This document shows positions 8,217-16,465 of a DNA stretch of 39,867 nt, one piece after another (the stretch's first letter is position 1; each line of letters begins with the position of its first letter). The DNA lies in the IMG/VR virus record IMGVR_UViG_3300022909_000052, positions 1 through 39,867 of that record. One strand, given 5' to 3'. Below the pieces are notes generated by a model. That model was not told where the DNA came from. It did no database searches and saw nothing but the letters and a program-made list of their open reading frames with translations. This DNA comes from a virus. Taxonomy: Duplodnaviria > Caudoviricetes. The translations under genes and the position numbers were made by a program.

Positions 8217-10110
8217 CTATCTACCAACTGACTACCAATCTTTCATTCATACTTCGCGTTATGCTCGTTACATTGACGGTAAGGGGCGTGAGTCATGGCC
8301 TGAAACAGTTAAACGTTACATGGATAATGTTGTCCGTCCTGTCTTAGGTGATGACAGCTATGTCAATCAAATTGAACAGTCTATCCTTAACCTAGAAGTC
8401 ATGCCATCTATGAGAGCCATGATGACAGCTGGCCCTGCCTTGGCACGTGACAACACAGCTGGTTATAACTGCAGCTACTTACCCGTAGATGACCCGAAGT
8501 CCTTCGATGAGGCTATGTTCATCCTTCTCTGTGGTACTGGTGTTGGGTTCAGTGTTGAACGTCAGTTCATCAGTAAGCTTCCTGAGGTCCCTGAGTTGTT
8601 CGTCAGTGAGACTACCATCGTCGTCAAGGACAGTAAGGAAGGGTGGGCTAAGGCTTTCCGTCAACTACTAGCACTCCTCTGGGCTGGTGAAATCCCTAAG
8701 TGGGACGTAAGTCTTGTCCGTCCTGCAGGTGCACGACTAAAGACATTCGGTGGTCGTGCCTCAGGTCCAGCCCCTCTTGTTGATCTGTTTAACTTCGCAG
8801 TTAAGATCTTCAAGGAAGCACAGGGACGTAAGCTGTCATCTATCGAATGCCATGACCTGATGTGTAAGATCGGTGAGGTAGTAGTTGTTGGTGGTGTACG
8901 TCGCAGTGCTATGATCTCTCTGTCTAACCTGTCAGATGATCGTATGCGTCACGCCAAGTCAGGTGACTGGTGGACACACAACCCGCAACGGGCACTAGCT
9001 AATAACTCAGTGTCATATACAGAGAAGCCTGACAGCCTGTCCTTCATGCGTGAGTGGATGGCCTTGGTTGAGTCAGGCTCAGGAGAACGAGGAGTATTTA
9101 ACCGTGAAGCTTCTAAGAAACAAGCTGCAAAGTTTGGGCGGCGTGACCCTGACCATGAGTTCGGGACTAATCCTTGCAGTGAAATCATTCTACGTCCGTA
9201 TCAGTTCTGCAATCTCACTGAGGTTGTTGTACGTGCGACAGATAACATCGACGACTTGGAACGAAAGGTTCGCTTGGCAACTATTCTCGGAACCGTTCAG
9301 TCCACTTACACCAAGTTTCCATACTTGCGAAAAGTGTGGCAGCGAAATACCGAAGAGGAACGACTGCTCGGTGTGTCCCTCACAGGGATAATGGATAACC
9401 CACTACTGACGAGTAAGAATGTTGGCTTACCTAAAACTCTTGAACATCTTCGTAGTGTGGCTGTTGTCACAAACAATGAACTGGCTGATCGGCTTGGCAT
9501 TCAGTCTTCTGCTGCTATTACATGCGTTAAACCTAGTGGAACTGTCTCGCAACTCGTTGACTCGGCCAGTGGTATCCACGCACGGCATAGCCACTACTAT
9601 ATTAGAACCGTCAGAGGAGATAACAAAGACCCCTTGACTCAGTTTATGATTGACCAAGGTATCCCTAACGAACCTGATGTGTTCAAACCTGACCAGACAA
9701 CTGTGTTCTCGTTCCCTGTCAAGGCCCCAGCTGGTGCTGTTGTTACCGAAGACCTGACAGCTATTGAACAACTTGAGACATGGTTGACATTCCAACGTCA
9801 CTGGTGCGAACACAAACCCTCAGTCACTATCAATGTCCGTAAGGACGAGTGGTTTGAGGTGGGTGCATTTGTCTACGAACACTTCGATGAAATGTCAGGG
9901 GTATCCTTCTTGCCATACAACGAACACACGTACCAACAGGCACCATACCAAGAGATCGGCAAGTCAGAGTACGAAGAGTTAGCTAAGTTGATGCCAGAAA
10001 AAATTGACTGGACCCTCTTGACAAACTACGAGAAGTCTGATAACACCGTAGCTATGCAGACAATGGCCTGTTCAGGTGATGTCTGTGAAATTGTAGACCT
10101 GACAGCATAG
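8206..10110 (+). CDS. nrdJ: Class II adenosylcobalamin-dependent ribonucleotide reductase
   Basis: GYNC, TNPCSEI, CVKPSGT, C-terminal CSGDVC; no small-subunit gene nearby. Confidence 0.92.
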   Translation: MTNNYLPTDYQSFIHTSRYARYIDGKGRESWPETVKRYMDNVVRPVLGDDSYVNQIEQSILNLEVMPSMRAMMTAGPALARDNTAGYNCSYLPVDDPKSFDEAMFILLCGTGVGFSVERQFISKLPEVPELFVSETTIVVKDSKEGWAKAFRQLLALLWAGEIPKWDVSLVRPAGARLKTFGGRASGPAPLVDLFNFAVKIFKEAQGRKLSSIECHDLMCKIGEVVVVGGVRRSAMISLSNLSDDRMRHAKSGDWWTHNPQRALANNSVSYTEKPDSLSFMREWMALVESGSGERGVFNREASKKQAAKFGRRDPDHEFGTNPCSEIILRPYQFCNLTEVVVRATDNIDDLERKVRLATILGTVQSTYTKFPYLRKVWQRNTEEERLLGVSLTGIMDNPLLTSKNVGLPKTLEHLRSVAVVTNNELADRLGIQSSAAITCVKPSGTVSQLVDSASGIHARHSHYYIRTVRGDNKDPLTQFMIDQGIPNEPDVFKPDQTTVFSFPVKAPAGAVVTEDLTAIEQLETWLTFQRHWCEHKPSVTINVRKDEWFEVGAFVYEHFDEMSGVSFLPYNEHTYQQAPYQEIGKSEYEELAKLMPEKIDWTLLTNYEKSDNTVAMQTMACSGDVCEIVDLTA

Positions 10111-10118
10111 GAGATAAC

Positions 10119-10187
10119 ATGACAGGACTAGAAGCATACGCACTATTCGTAACCGTAGTAGCAGCCATTGAGATTTTCCTCAAATAA
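10119..10187 (+). CDS. 22-aa single-helix membrane peptide (MTGLEAYALFVTVVAAIEIFLK)
   Basis: AGGAG SD right at the RNR stop; translated by hand. Confidence 0.6.
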   Translation: MTGLEAYALFVTVVAAIEIFLK

Positions 10188-10191
10188 CCAT

Positions 10192-10225
10192 AAAAAAAGA
10201 GAGAGTAGTTTAGTGCTACTCTCCC
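10192..10225 (-). terminator. Intrinsic terminator for minus-strand transcription
   Basis: GGGAGAGTAG-CACTAAA-CTACTCTCTC followed by T7 on the minus strand. Confidence 0.85.
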
Positions 10226-10243
10226 TTACCTAAGGATTATACA

Positions 10244-10453
10244 ATGACAGCTAAGAAGTTTCAAATTGGTGGTGACCACTATCAGATCCAAACAATACAG
10301 CCTATTGATTATATCATGGCTAATGAACTAGGGTTCTGCGAAGGTAACGTCGTTAAGTATGTTACACGCTGGGCACATAAGAACGGCGTTGAAGACCTAA
10401 AGAAAGCTCGACACTACTTAGACTTTCTTATTGAACATGCAGAGGAAAGCTAG
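10244..10453 (+). CDS. DUF3310 / T7 gp1.7-like protein
   Basis: QIGGDHY, GFCEGNVVKY..R..KNG.EDL.KA..Y. Confidence 0.88.
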   Translation: MTAKKFQIGGDHYQIQTIQPIDYIMANELGFCEGNVVKYVTRWAHKNGVEDLKKARHYLDFLIEHAEES

Positions 10454-10639
10454 ATGTTTACCGCAGTCCTGTTAATATGTACTTCTGATTTGTCTATTTG
10501 TTCTGGACAGTCCTCTACCGTGTTAGCTAAGACACAAGAGGAGTGTTACCAGATCTTAGCCGAGGGTATAAAGATCTACGAGGACAAGAAGTACGTTATA
10601 AAAAACTATCAGTGTGTTTACTGGGGTGATAAAGCTTAG
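10454..10639 (+). CDS. Small Cys-containing protein with hydrophobic N-terminus
   Basis: GAGG SD; four Cys residues. Confidence 0.7.
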   Translation: MFTAVLLICTSDLSICSGQSSTVLAKTQEECYQILAEGIKIYEDKKYVIKNYQCVYWGDKA

Positions 10640-10788
10640 GCCTTTTTCTTAGCTTTCTTCTTTGGTTTTCCTTTCCCGTAGCCCGAAGCATATATAGCAC
10701 GTCCTTGTTTTTCTGCTTCGGCTTTTGTCTTGTAGATTTTACCTGATCTACCCCAACGGTAACCACCTTCCACCTTATTTACTGGCAT
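10636..10788 (-). CDS. Small very basic protein, 50 aa (MPVNKVEGGYRWG...)
   Basis: TAATG coupling at 10788, Lys-rich tail; the upstream extension in the ORF track overlaps another gene. Confidence 0.75.
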   Translation of the reverse strand: MPVNKVEGGYRWGRSGKIYKTKAEAEKQGRAIYASGYGKGKPKKKAKKKA

Positions 10789-10982
10789 TACTTTACTTCC
10801 TTCGACATCCAGATCCCGAACGCCCCTGTAGCTGCACCCATGCAGACGGAGACAAGAGATGTTTGTTGTGTAGTAGGATCTGGTAACTGCATAAACCATT
10901 CGACTACTCTCCAAGACATGATCGTAAAGGCTAACATCATTAGCCGTGGTAATACTTTCCAACTGTCTAAAACTGTAGCCAT
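10788..10982 (-). CDS. Two-helix membrane protein, holin candidate
   Basis: TAATG-coupled start at 10982; two hydrophobic segments, charged C-terminus. Confidence 0.65.
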   Translation of the reverse strand: MATVLDSWKVLPRLMMLAFTIMSWRVVEWFMQLPDPTTQQTSLVSVCMGAATGAFGIWMSKEVK

Positions 10983-11419
10983 TAAAAGTATCCCTTGAAG
11001 TGTAGTACGGCTGCGCACAAGACAGCAATAATTATACAGACAACAACTACACCCACCGCAACCTCTATGTTTGCTCTTAGCTCTTCGGCTTCAAGTTTAG
11101 CCTGACGTTCTTGTTCTTTTCTTTCCTGTGCAATCTCTTTACGGATCTTCAGGAGATCCTGATAGGCTTGGTACCCTCTCTGATTGATGATCACTTCTCT
11201 CAGTGCAGCCTCAGCCTCGATAGCCTGTTGCTTTTTCATCCATGTGTCTAGTGCCTGTTCATTTGAACTAGAAAAGATACTATCCTTTTTCTTTTGGTGT
11301 TCCTTCTTAGCACCATCGACAGCATCGAAGAAGCCAACTATATCCTTAGACATAGAGGCCAGTGTCTTACCTGCACTAATTCCTGTCTTAATCATAGCTA
11401 AGGCAGATAGAGGGTCCAT
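10982..11419 (-). CDS. Coiled-coil protein with C-terminal transmembrane helix
   Basis: Charged helical core then VAVGVVVVCIIIAVLCAAVL. Confidence 0.8.
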   Translation of the reverse strand: MDPLSALAMIKTGISAGKTLASMSKDIVGFFDAVDGAKKEHQKKKDSIFSSSNEQALDTWMKKQQAIEAEAALREVIINQRGYQAYQDLLKIRKEIAQERKEQERQAKLEAEELRANIEVAVGVVVVCIIIAVLCAAVLHFKGYF

Positions 11420-11653
11420 CTAACGGTGATCCCTTAGTGACTGCTCTATGCTGTCAAGCTTGTTGAAGATAGCCTTGATAGTTTCCTTCATCTCTTTCAT
11501 CTCTCTATCGTGAGAGACCCTAGAGGAATCTAACTGAGCCTTAAGCACAGCCACATCGGTTGCAGTTTTATTTGCTGTGTTAAATAAATACCAGACAACG
11601 ACGACGATAGGGGCCACGAGCCACTGCATTACGAGGTCAATAGTTTCCATCAT
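11420..11653 (-). CDS. N-terminal transmembrane plus coiled-coil protein, holin-like candidate
   Basis: WLVAPIVVVVWYLF then heptad pattern. Confidence 0.75.
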   Translation of the reverse strand: MMETIDLVMQWLVAPIVVVVWYLFNTANKTATDVAVLKAQLDSSRVSHDREMKEMKETIKAIFNKLDSIEQSLRDHR

Positions 11654-12987
11654 TGTTCGGGTCTTACCTTGGGTCTTGGTGATTTTTCTGGTGCGTATGT
11701 GTATAGATCACTTACATTACCCAAGCTGATATTACTCCTACGTCCTGTACTAAACTGTTTAATAAGATCTTCATTCTCATAACCACGACTACCTAGCAAG
11801 AAACCAATACTACGTGCGGATGAATACCCAAGACCATGCTTTTTTATAGTCTTGTATATAAGTTCATCCATAGTGCCTAACTCACCAGCATTAAATGCTT
11901 CTTCAAACTCGTCAGCTGTGTACTTTTTTTCAGTTACAGGATGGTACCATTCATTGTAATCAAACATATCTGTGATTTTTATCTCACCATTCTCATCAGT
12001 AGAGATACTAAAAGAACCTAAGATAAGCTTAACCTCGTCAGCTGGGTTTCTTTCCGCTAGGCTTTTAATGATATCCTCTTTAGACGCACCACCTTTTGTC
12101 TGATTTACCTTGACACCAGAGCCTTCTTTTGTAAGGTAGTTATACACTTCTTCTTTTTCAAATGAAACAGTTTGGTTAGGTCCTTTAAGACCCTTATCCC
12201 TAGCCATCTTTTTAAGGAAGTCTATAGTTGTAGGCGTGAAGTAATCCTCGGTAATAGGTTCTTGTTCTACTTCTTTAAGATCTACTGTATAGAACTCTCC
12301 AGTGTATGGGTCAAACCTTTCACCTTTGTATAATGACACGTGTATAATGTCATTGATGAAGTTCTGTGCGACAGGTGACGTGAATGTTTTGGCATAATTA
12401 CTAAGTGTTACAGCGGCGGCAGCTACATCAGCTGGTGCGTTCTTAGCACCCTCTGTAATAGCCTGTGATGTAAACTTAAGGTCCTCTATTATTTTCTCTT
12501 TAGTTGGTAGTGCATCATACGCAGCTTTACTTAGACGTTTAATACCTTTGGCAGCATCAGAGGCAAGATCAGAACCTACCTCAACTGCCTTACCACCTAC
12601 ATCCTGAGCAAACTCAAGTGCTTGTTCACCCATACCTTGAACTGTATCCATGACAAAACCAGCTGGATCAATAGCCTGTGCCGTTGTATCCTGTATAACC
12701 TGACCTGCAGTTTGTGCAGCTTGTCCTACATCCTGTGCTACGTTACTAACTGCCTGTCCTACGTCTTGCGCAGCACCTGCGACAGCCTCACCACCCTCAA
12801 GCATAAGGCCTTGAGCTTTAATTAAACCCTGTTTAAATAAACTATTTGTCTCAGCTACAGATCTGCTTGCGCTACTAATTGCAGCCTGAATCTCTGGGCT
12901 GTACTCGTCTAATGCTGCAGCTACAGGTGAGGTAGCCTTGCTTATAAAACCTACAGTATTAAAGTCTCTTAAGAAATCAACAGACAT
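11650..12987 (-). CDS. 445-aa protein: Ala/Gln-rich helical stalk plus C-terminal domain with a colicin-M-like motif
   Basis: Long ORF is secure; function is inferred from the DMFDYNEWYH motif only. Confidence 0.7.
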   Translation of the reverse strand: MSVDFLRDFNTVGFISKATSPVAAALDEYSPEIQAAISSASRSVAETNSLFKQGLIKAQGLMLEGGEAVAGAAQDVGQAVSNVAQDVGQAAQTAGQVIQDTTAQAIDPAGFVMDTVQGMGEQALEFAQDVGGKAVEVGSDLASDAAKGIKRLSKAAYDALPTKEKIIEDLKFTSQAITEGAKNAPADVAAAAVTLSNYAKTFTSPVAQNFINDIIHVSLYKGERFDPYTGEFYTVDLKEVEQEPITEDYFTPTTIDFLKKMARDKGLKGPNQTVSFEKEEVYNYLTKEGSGVKVNQTKGGASKEDIIKSLAERNPADEVKLILGSFSISTDENGEIKITDMFDYNEWYHPVTEKKYTADEFEEAFNAGELGTMDELIYKTIKKHGLGYSSARSIGFLLGSRGYENEDLIKQFSTGRRSNISLGNVSDLYTYAPEKSPRPKVRPEQ

Positions 12988-12991
12988 ATTA

Positions 12992-13243
12992 TTACCACTT
13001 CACCTTATCAGCCCAGTAAGCTGCAGACATCTTACCCTTTTTAATATTCTTGGCATGTCGTGCCTTGAATGCTTTGTTACGAGCAGATCCTTTAGGACTA
13101 CCCTTCACACCCTGTTGTCCAAAACGAATGATCTTCTCTTTACCATCAGCACATGCCTTGACAACATGTGATTTGGTAGGATGATCAGGTGTACTCTTAG
13201 GTGAGTTACACTTCATTTTAGATTTGTCTAAACGTTTAGCCAC
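12992..13243 (-). CDS. Small basic protein (FKARH...SAAYWADKVKW)
   Basis: GTG start overlapping the spanin stop; resembles small basic proteins of marine phages. Confidence 0.8.
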   Translation of the reverse strand: MAKRLDKSKMKCNSPKSTPDHPTKSHVVKACADGKEKIIRFGQQGVKGSPKGSARNKAFKARHAKNIKKGKMSAAYWADKVKW

Positions 13244-13595
13244 GGTACCGCCCTAATGTTATTGTCTTTAGTAGGCCCACCCAGATTTCCTTAGGTGAGG
13301 GAAGAACCCAGCCTAGGACAAGAAGAAGTATGACCCACATAGGTATGTCTTGGTTCAGAACTTTGACACTATCAACCTCACCACCAAGACTAAAGTTACC
13401 AGAAGACTGATTGACACTAACGTTTTCACCTGAGATATCACGGCTCTGGTCAACAGCTGACTGGTTGTTTTCCTTACCAGCCTGTACATTAGCATTAAGA
13501 GTAGGGCCACTACTACCTCCTGACAGTAGGGATAGAGGGTTGAGACACCCTGACAGAGCCACTAGTAAAGCTAAGGTTAGGTATAGTTTCTTCAT
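13236..13595 (-). CDS. Unimolecular spanin (T1 gp11-like)
   Basis: Signal peptide with lipobox LSG-C, polar periplasmic stretch, C-terminal TMD IPMWVILLLVLGWVLPSP. Confidence 0.85.
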   Translation of the reverse strand: MKKLYLTLALLVALSGCLNPLSLLSGGSSGPTLNANVQAGKENNQSAVDQSRDISGENVSVNQSSGNFSLGGEVDSVKVLNQDIPMWVILLLVLGWVLPSPKEIWVGLLKTITLGRYRG

Positions 13596-13619
13596 TGTTC
13601 TGCGTAGAACTCTCTACAA

Positions 13620-14453
13620 TTAATTAGGGTTTATATCTGTTGGTCCGTCACCACGGTAGTTTATTTCTTGTACAGATCCACCCATGCTAGGTTGTGAACC
13701 ACCCTTGAATGACTGTAGTTCTCCAATTATACCATCCAATTCTTGGTCTGTCAAATAATTAAATCCAGTCCAAGTCTCTTTTAATTTTTGTCTAGCCATA
13801 GTTGGGTCTGCAATACTCTGTAACGCAGACAAAGACTGGTTGAAGATCTGGTCTGTTTCGTTTTGTTGTGCAGAAGGTAAGGAAGAACCTAGGTTTGATA
13901 GAATAAGATTACCAAATGTCAATTCGTCCGTGAATGTTTTAGACACAGCACCTCTGTCTTGTCTACCCTTCTTTGTTACACCATGTGGTGCTACAAGTCT
14001 TGCTGACAAATTACCAAAGGCATTTGTATAAAGCTTAGAAAACTCAGCTATGTTTTCATTGATGATCTTTTCCATCTGTGCGTCTTGAGTGAAGAAGGGT
14101 TCAGCATGTATCGTATTTCTAACACCCCTTTTATTTTCACTTCTAGTCTTGACACCCCTGTTCCTGTAGCCTGAGTATCCATGCTTTGCTGCAAAGTCTA
14201 CAACAAGTTGGTTAAATCTTTCGGCAGCTTGACGAACCTCTGGTCCTGCGTTGTCTGGGATAATAACCTCTGTACCACGACCACCCTCAGTGGAGTTAAA
14301 GTCCATAGAGATATTATACATATCAGCTGTAGGTGCAAATTCGGCACGTGTACCTTGAGATATAGTCAAAGCCATAGGCTCAGACTGTTCCGAAACTTTC
14401 TTGACAGCTATAACTCCAGCCCGACGGAACTCACTTAAGAAATTCTCTGCCAT
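13620..14453 (-). CDS. Putative N-acetylmuramoyl-L-alanine amidase (Amidase_3 motifs in permuted order)
   Basis: ISMDFN..GGRGTEV, RGVK, HAEPFF, then PHG..DRGAV..E; start reassigned to ATG 14453 (SD AGGTAGG, just after the upstream stop). Confidence 0.7.
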   Translation of the reverse strand: MAENFLSEFRRAGVIAVKKVSEQSEPMALTISQGTRAEFAPTADMYNISMDFNSTEGGRGTEVIIPDNAGPEVRQAAERFNQLVVDFAAKHGYSGYRNRGVKTRSENKRGVRNTIHAEPFFTQDAQMEKIINENIAEFSKLYTNAFGNLSARLVAPHGVTKKGRQDRGAVSKTFTDELTFGNLILSNLGSSLPSAQQNETDQIFNQSLSALQSIADPTMARQKLKETWTGFNYLTDQELDGIIGELQSFKGGSQPSMGGSVQEINYRGDGPTDINPN

Positions 14454-14457
14454 TAGC

Positions 14458-16461
14458 CTACCTTTTGAAAACGATGAGGTTGCCTGTTGAGTCGGTACCA
14501 CCATCACCAGTGTAAACAAAGTGATCGCCACGAGGTAACGCAAGTACTTCCTCCTGTGTTGCCACTTGATGTGGGTTTGTTTGTGACCCTAGTTTAGACG
14601 CAGAGTCTACGACTATTTCTTGGGTCTGTTCTATTATTACTTGACTAATAACTTCGCTAACACCCTCTTTAATCTGAGAGTCTCGGAATGACTGAGTAGC
14701 TTGAGGGTACTTTTCTTCTAAGGCTTGAAGGCCACTTAGCTTCTTATCAATCAGTTTAAGGTTCTTAGACAGCCTGAACACCTCACCCATGTTAGACAAG
14801 AACACACGCTCTAGATTACTACCACCTAAGATCTCTGACCGACGTTTATCTGTAAGATTAAAGAAAGCCTCAAGCCCACCAACATCTTGGATACGTTTGT
14901 TTACCTCACGAAGCTCTTTAATTCTGCGATCACCTTGTGGTACATTCTTAAAGCGTTTTTCAAAGGTTGTTACGTTTAGTGTGAGAACACCTGTCTCAGG
15001 ATCAATGACAAGATTCTGGCCCTCAGGTGTGTCTGTGTTAGCAAGCTTAGAGTTTAGTAAGTTTTCTTGACGAATACGTTCAGAAGACAAAGCCTCTTGA
15101 ATAGCATTGTTTGTCTGCGCCGCATTAATGTCGTCTGTCTGGTAGATTGCCTCTAGAATAGGTACCATGCTTGCTGGTATATACTGGTTAAGAAGTTTGT
15201 CACCCAGCAAGAAAGAGTCAGATTGTGAAGCAATAAGACTTGAGGTGACATTCATGGTGTTTAGCCATGAGTTACGTACCGCTTCATTCTCACGGACAGC
15301 CTTAGGTGATGCAGCTGCAGCCACTTGACTGAAACCAGAGACAGCTTTCTGATACGCATCTGGATTCTCTTGAACTTTCGGGATATCAAATAAAGCAGGG
15401 TTGCCACCTGTCTGAGTTGGTGTTGTATTTGGTGGGCTGTTGAAGATATTCTCAAGCTTCATCTCAGGTGACTTAGCGTCCCATACTTCTACTAGGGCAT
15501 CAACAAAAGTTTTACCTTTCTCTCCCTTAGGGTCAAGCTTATCTCTAATGATTTGCTCAAACTTTTCAGGGTTTGTTTTAATAAGAGAACGTACTGTTCC
15601 TATTGTTGCTGGATTAAACCCTGATGTTTGTAAAGCTATTTGAACAGCATCTAATTGAACATCAATGGGGTCTACTGACACACCTTTTCCGATGTCATCA
15701 ATAAGACCAAACATCTGATCCTGTACTGACTTAACTTCTAGGTTGTTATTAAAGTTTGCGTACTTAGTTGAAACCAAAGCCCGTACAGAAGTAGATGCAG
15801 ATAGAAACTCTTCTCTTGTTATAATACCGTCTGCCTGAAACTCTGCAATTTTAGTTGCTAGGGTATTGAAATCGTTTTGAATAGCTTGGACGATAGGTGT
15901 TGAGTTTACAGGAAGACCCGCGGAAGCTTTAGCATTCTCAAGTTGAACACTTTGTTCATGTAAAGCTGTCTCTGAGATTCGACGAATAACTTCACTCTCT
16001 ACTTCCTCGTTTGTAAATGAAGGGTTCTGTGCCTTAACACCAAGACGCAAGCTTCTACCCAATTCACTAGACAGAGTTTGTTGTTTTATAAAGTCTTCTT
16101 CGCTATCGTAAGAGGATGCCTCAAAGGATACACCAGTAACAGCTTGATAGTCTGCCTGAACATAGTCTGGTATTGCTTTAAGTCCTACCCCTTTTAAGGC
16201 AATTAAGGCTTTATCTGCTTCTACTTTAATCTTACCTGCAGAAACACCCTGTTCCTTCATGTCTTTCAATCGTTCTATTTCTCGGTTAAACCCAGCAATA
16301 GCCGAAGATTCCACAGAACCTTGAGATGCAGTCTTAGCGTTAGCCTTTAGGAAATTAGAGGCTAGGTCTGCAACATCACCAAGAGGATTATAAGCACGTG
16401 GTGCCTGTACTGGCTGTTCGAAGCCTATTTGTGTGTCAAGAGTAGGACTAAATACTGACAT
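14458..16461 (-). CDS. Probable internal virion (ejection) protein
   Basis: 667-aa helical protein in the internal-protein block; inferred from position. Confidence 0.65.
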   Translation of the reverse strand: MSVFSPTLDTQIGFEQPVQAPRAYNPLGDVADLASNFLKANAKTASQGSVESSAIAGFNREIERLKDMKEQGVSAGKIKVEADKALIALKGVGLKAIPDYVQADYQAVTGVSFEASSYDSEEDFIKQQTLSSELGRSLRLGVKAQNPSFTNEEVESEVIRRISETALHEQSVQLENAKASAGLPVNSTPIVQAIQNDFNTLATKIAEFQADGIITREEFLSASTSVRALVSTKYANFNNNLEVKSVQDQMFGLIDDIGKGVSVDPIDVQLDAVQIALQTSGFNPATIGTVRSLIKTNPEKFEQIIRDKLDPKGEKGKTFVDALVEVWDAKSPEMKLENIFNSPPNTTPTQTGGNPALFDIPKVQENPDAYQKAVSGFSQVAAAASPKAVRENEAVRNSWLNTMNVTSSLIASQSDSFLLGDKLLNQYIPASMVPILEAIYQTDDINAAQTNNAIQEALSSERIRQENLLNSKLANTDTPEGQNLVIDPETGVLTLNVTTFEKRFKNVPQGDRRIKELREVNKRIQDVGGLEAFFNLTDKRRSEILGGSNLERVFLSNMGEVFRLSKNLKLIDKKLSGLQALEEKYPQATQSFRDSQIKEGVSEVISQVIIEQTQEIVVDSASKLGSQTNPHQVATQEEVLALPRGDHFVYTGDGGTDSTGNLIVFKR

Positions 16462-16465
16462 AAGT

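Noticed and set aside
14454-14543. Signal-peptide-like N-terminal extension on the amidase in the ORF track
   Set aside because: It overlaps the upstream gene by about 85 nt; ATG 14453 has an SD, follows the upstream stop and aligns with the shared N-terminal motif. Not formally excluded.
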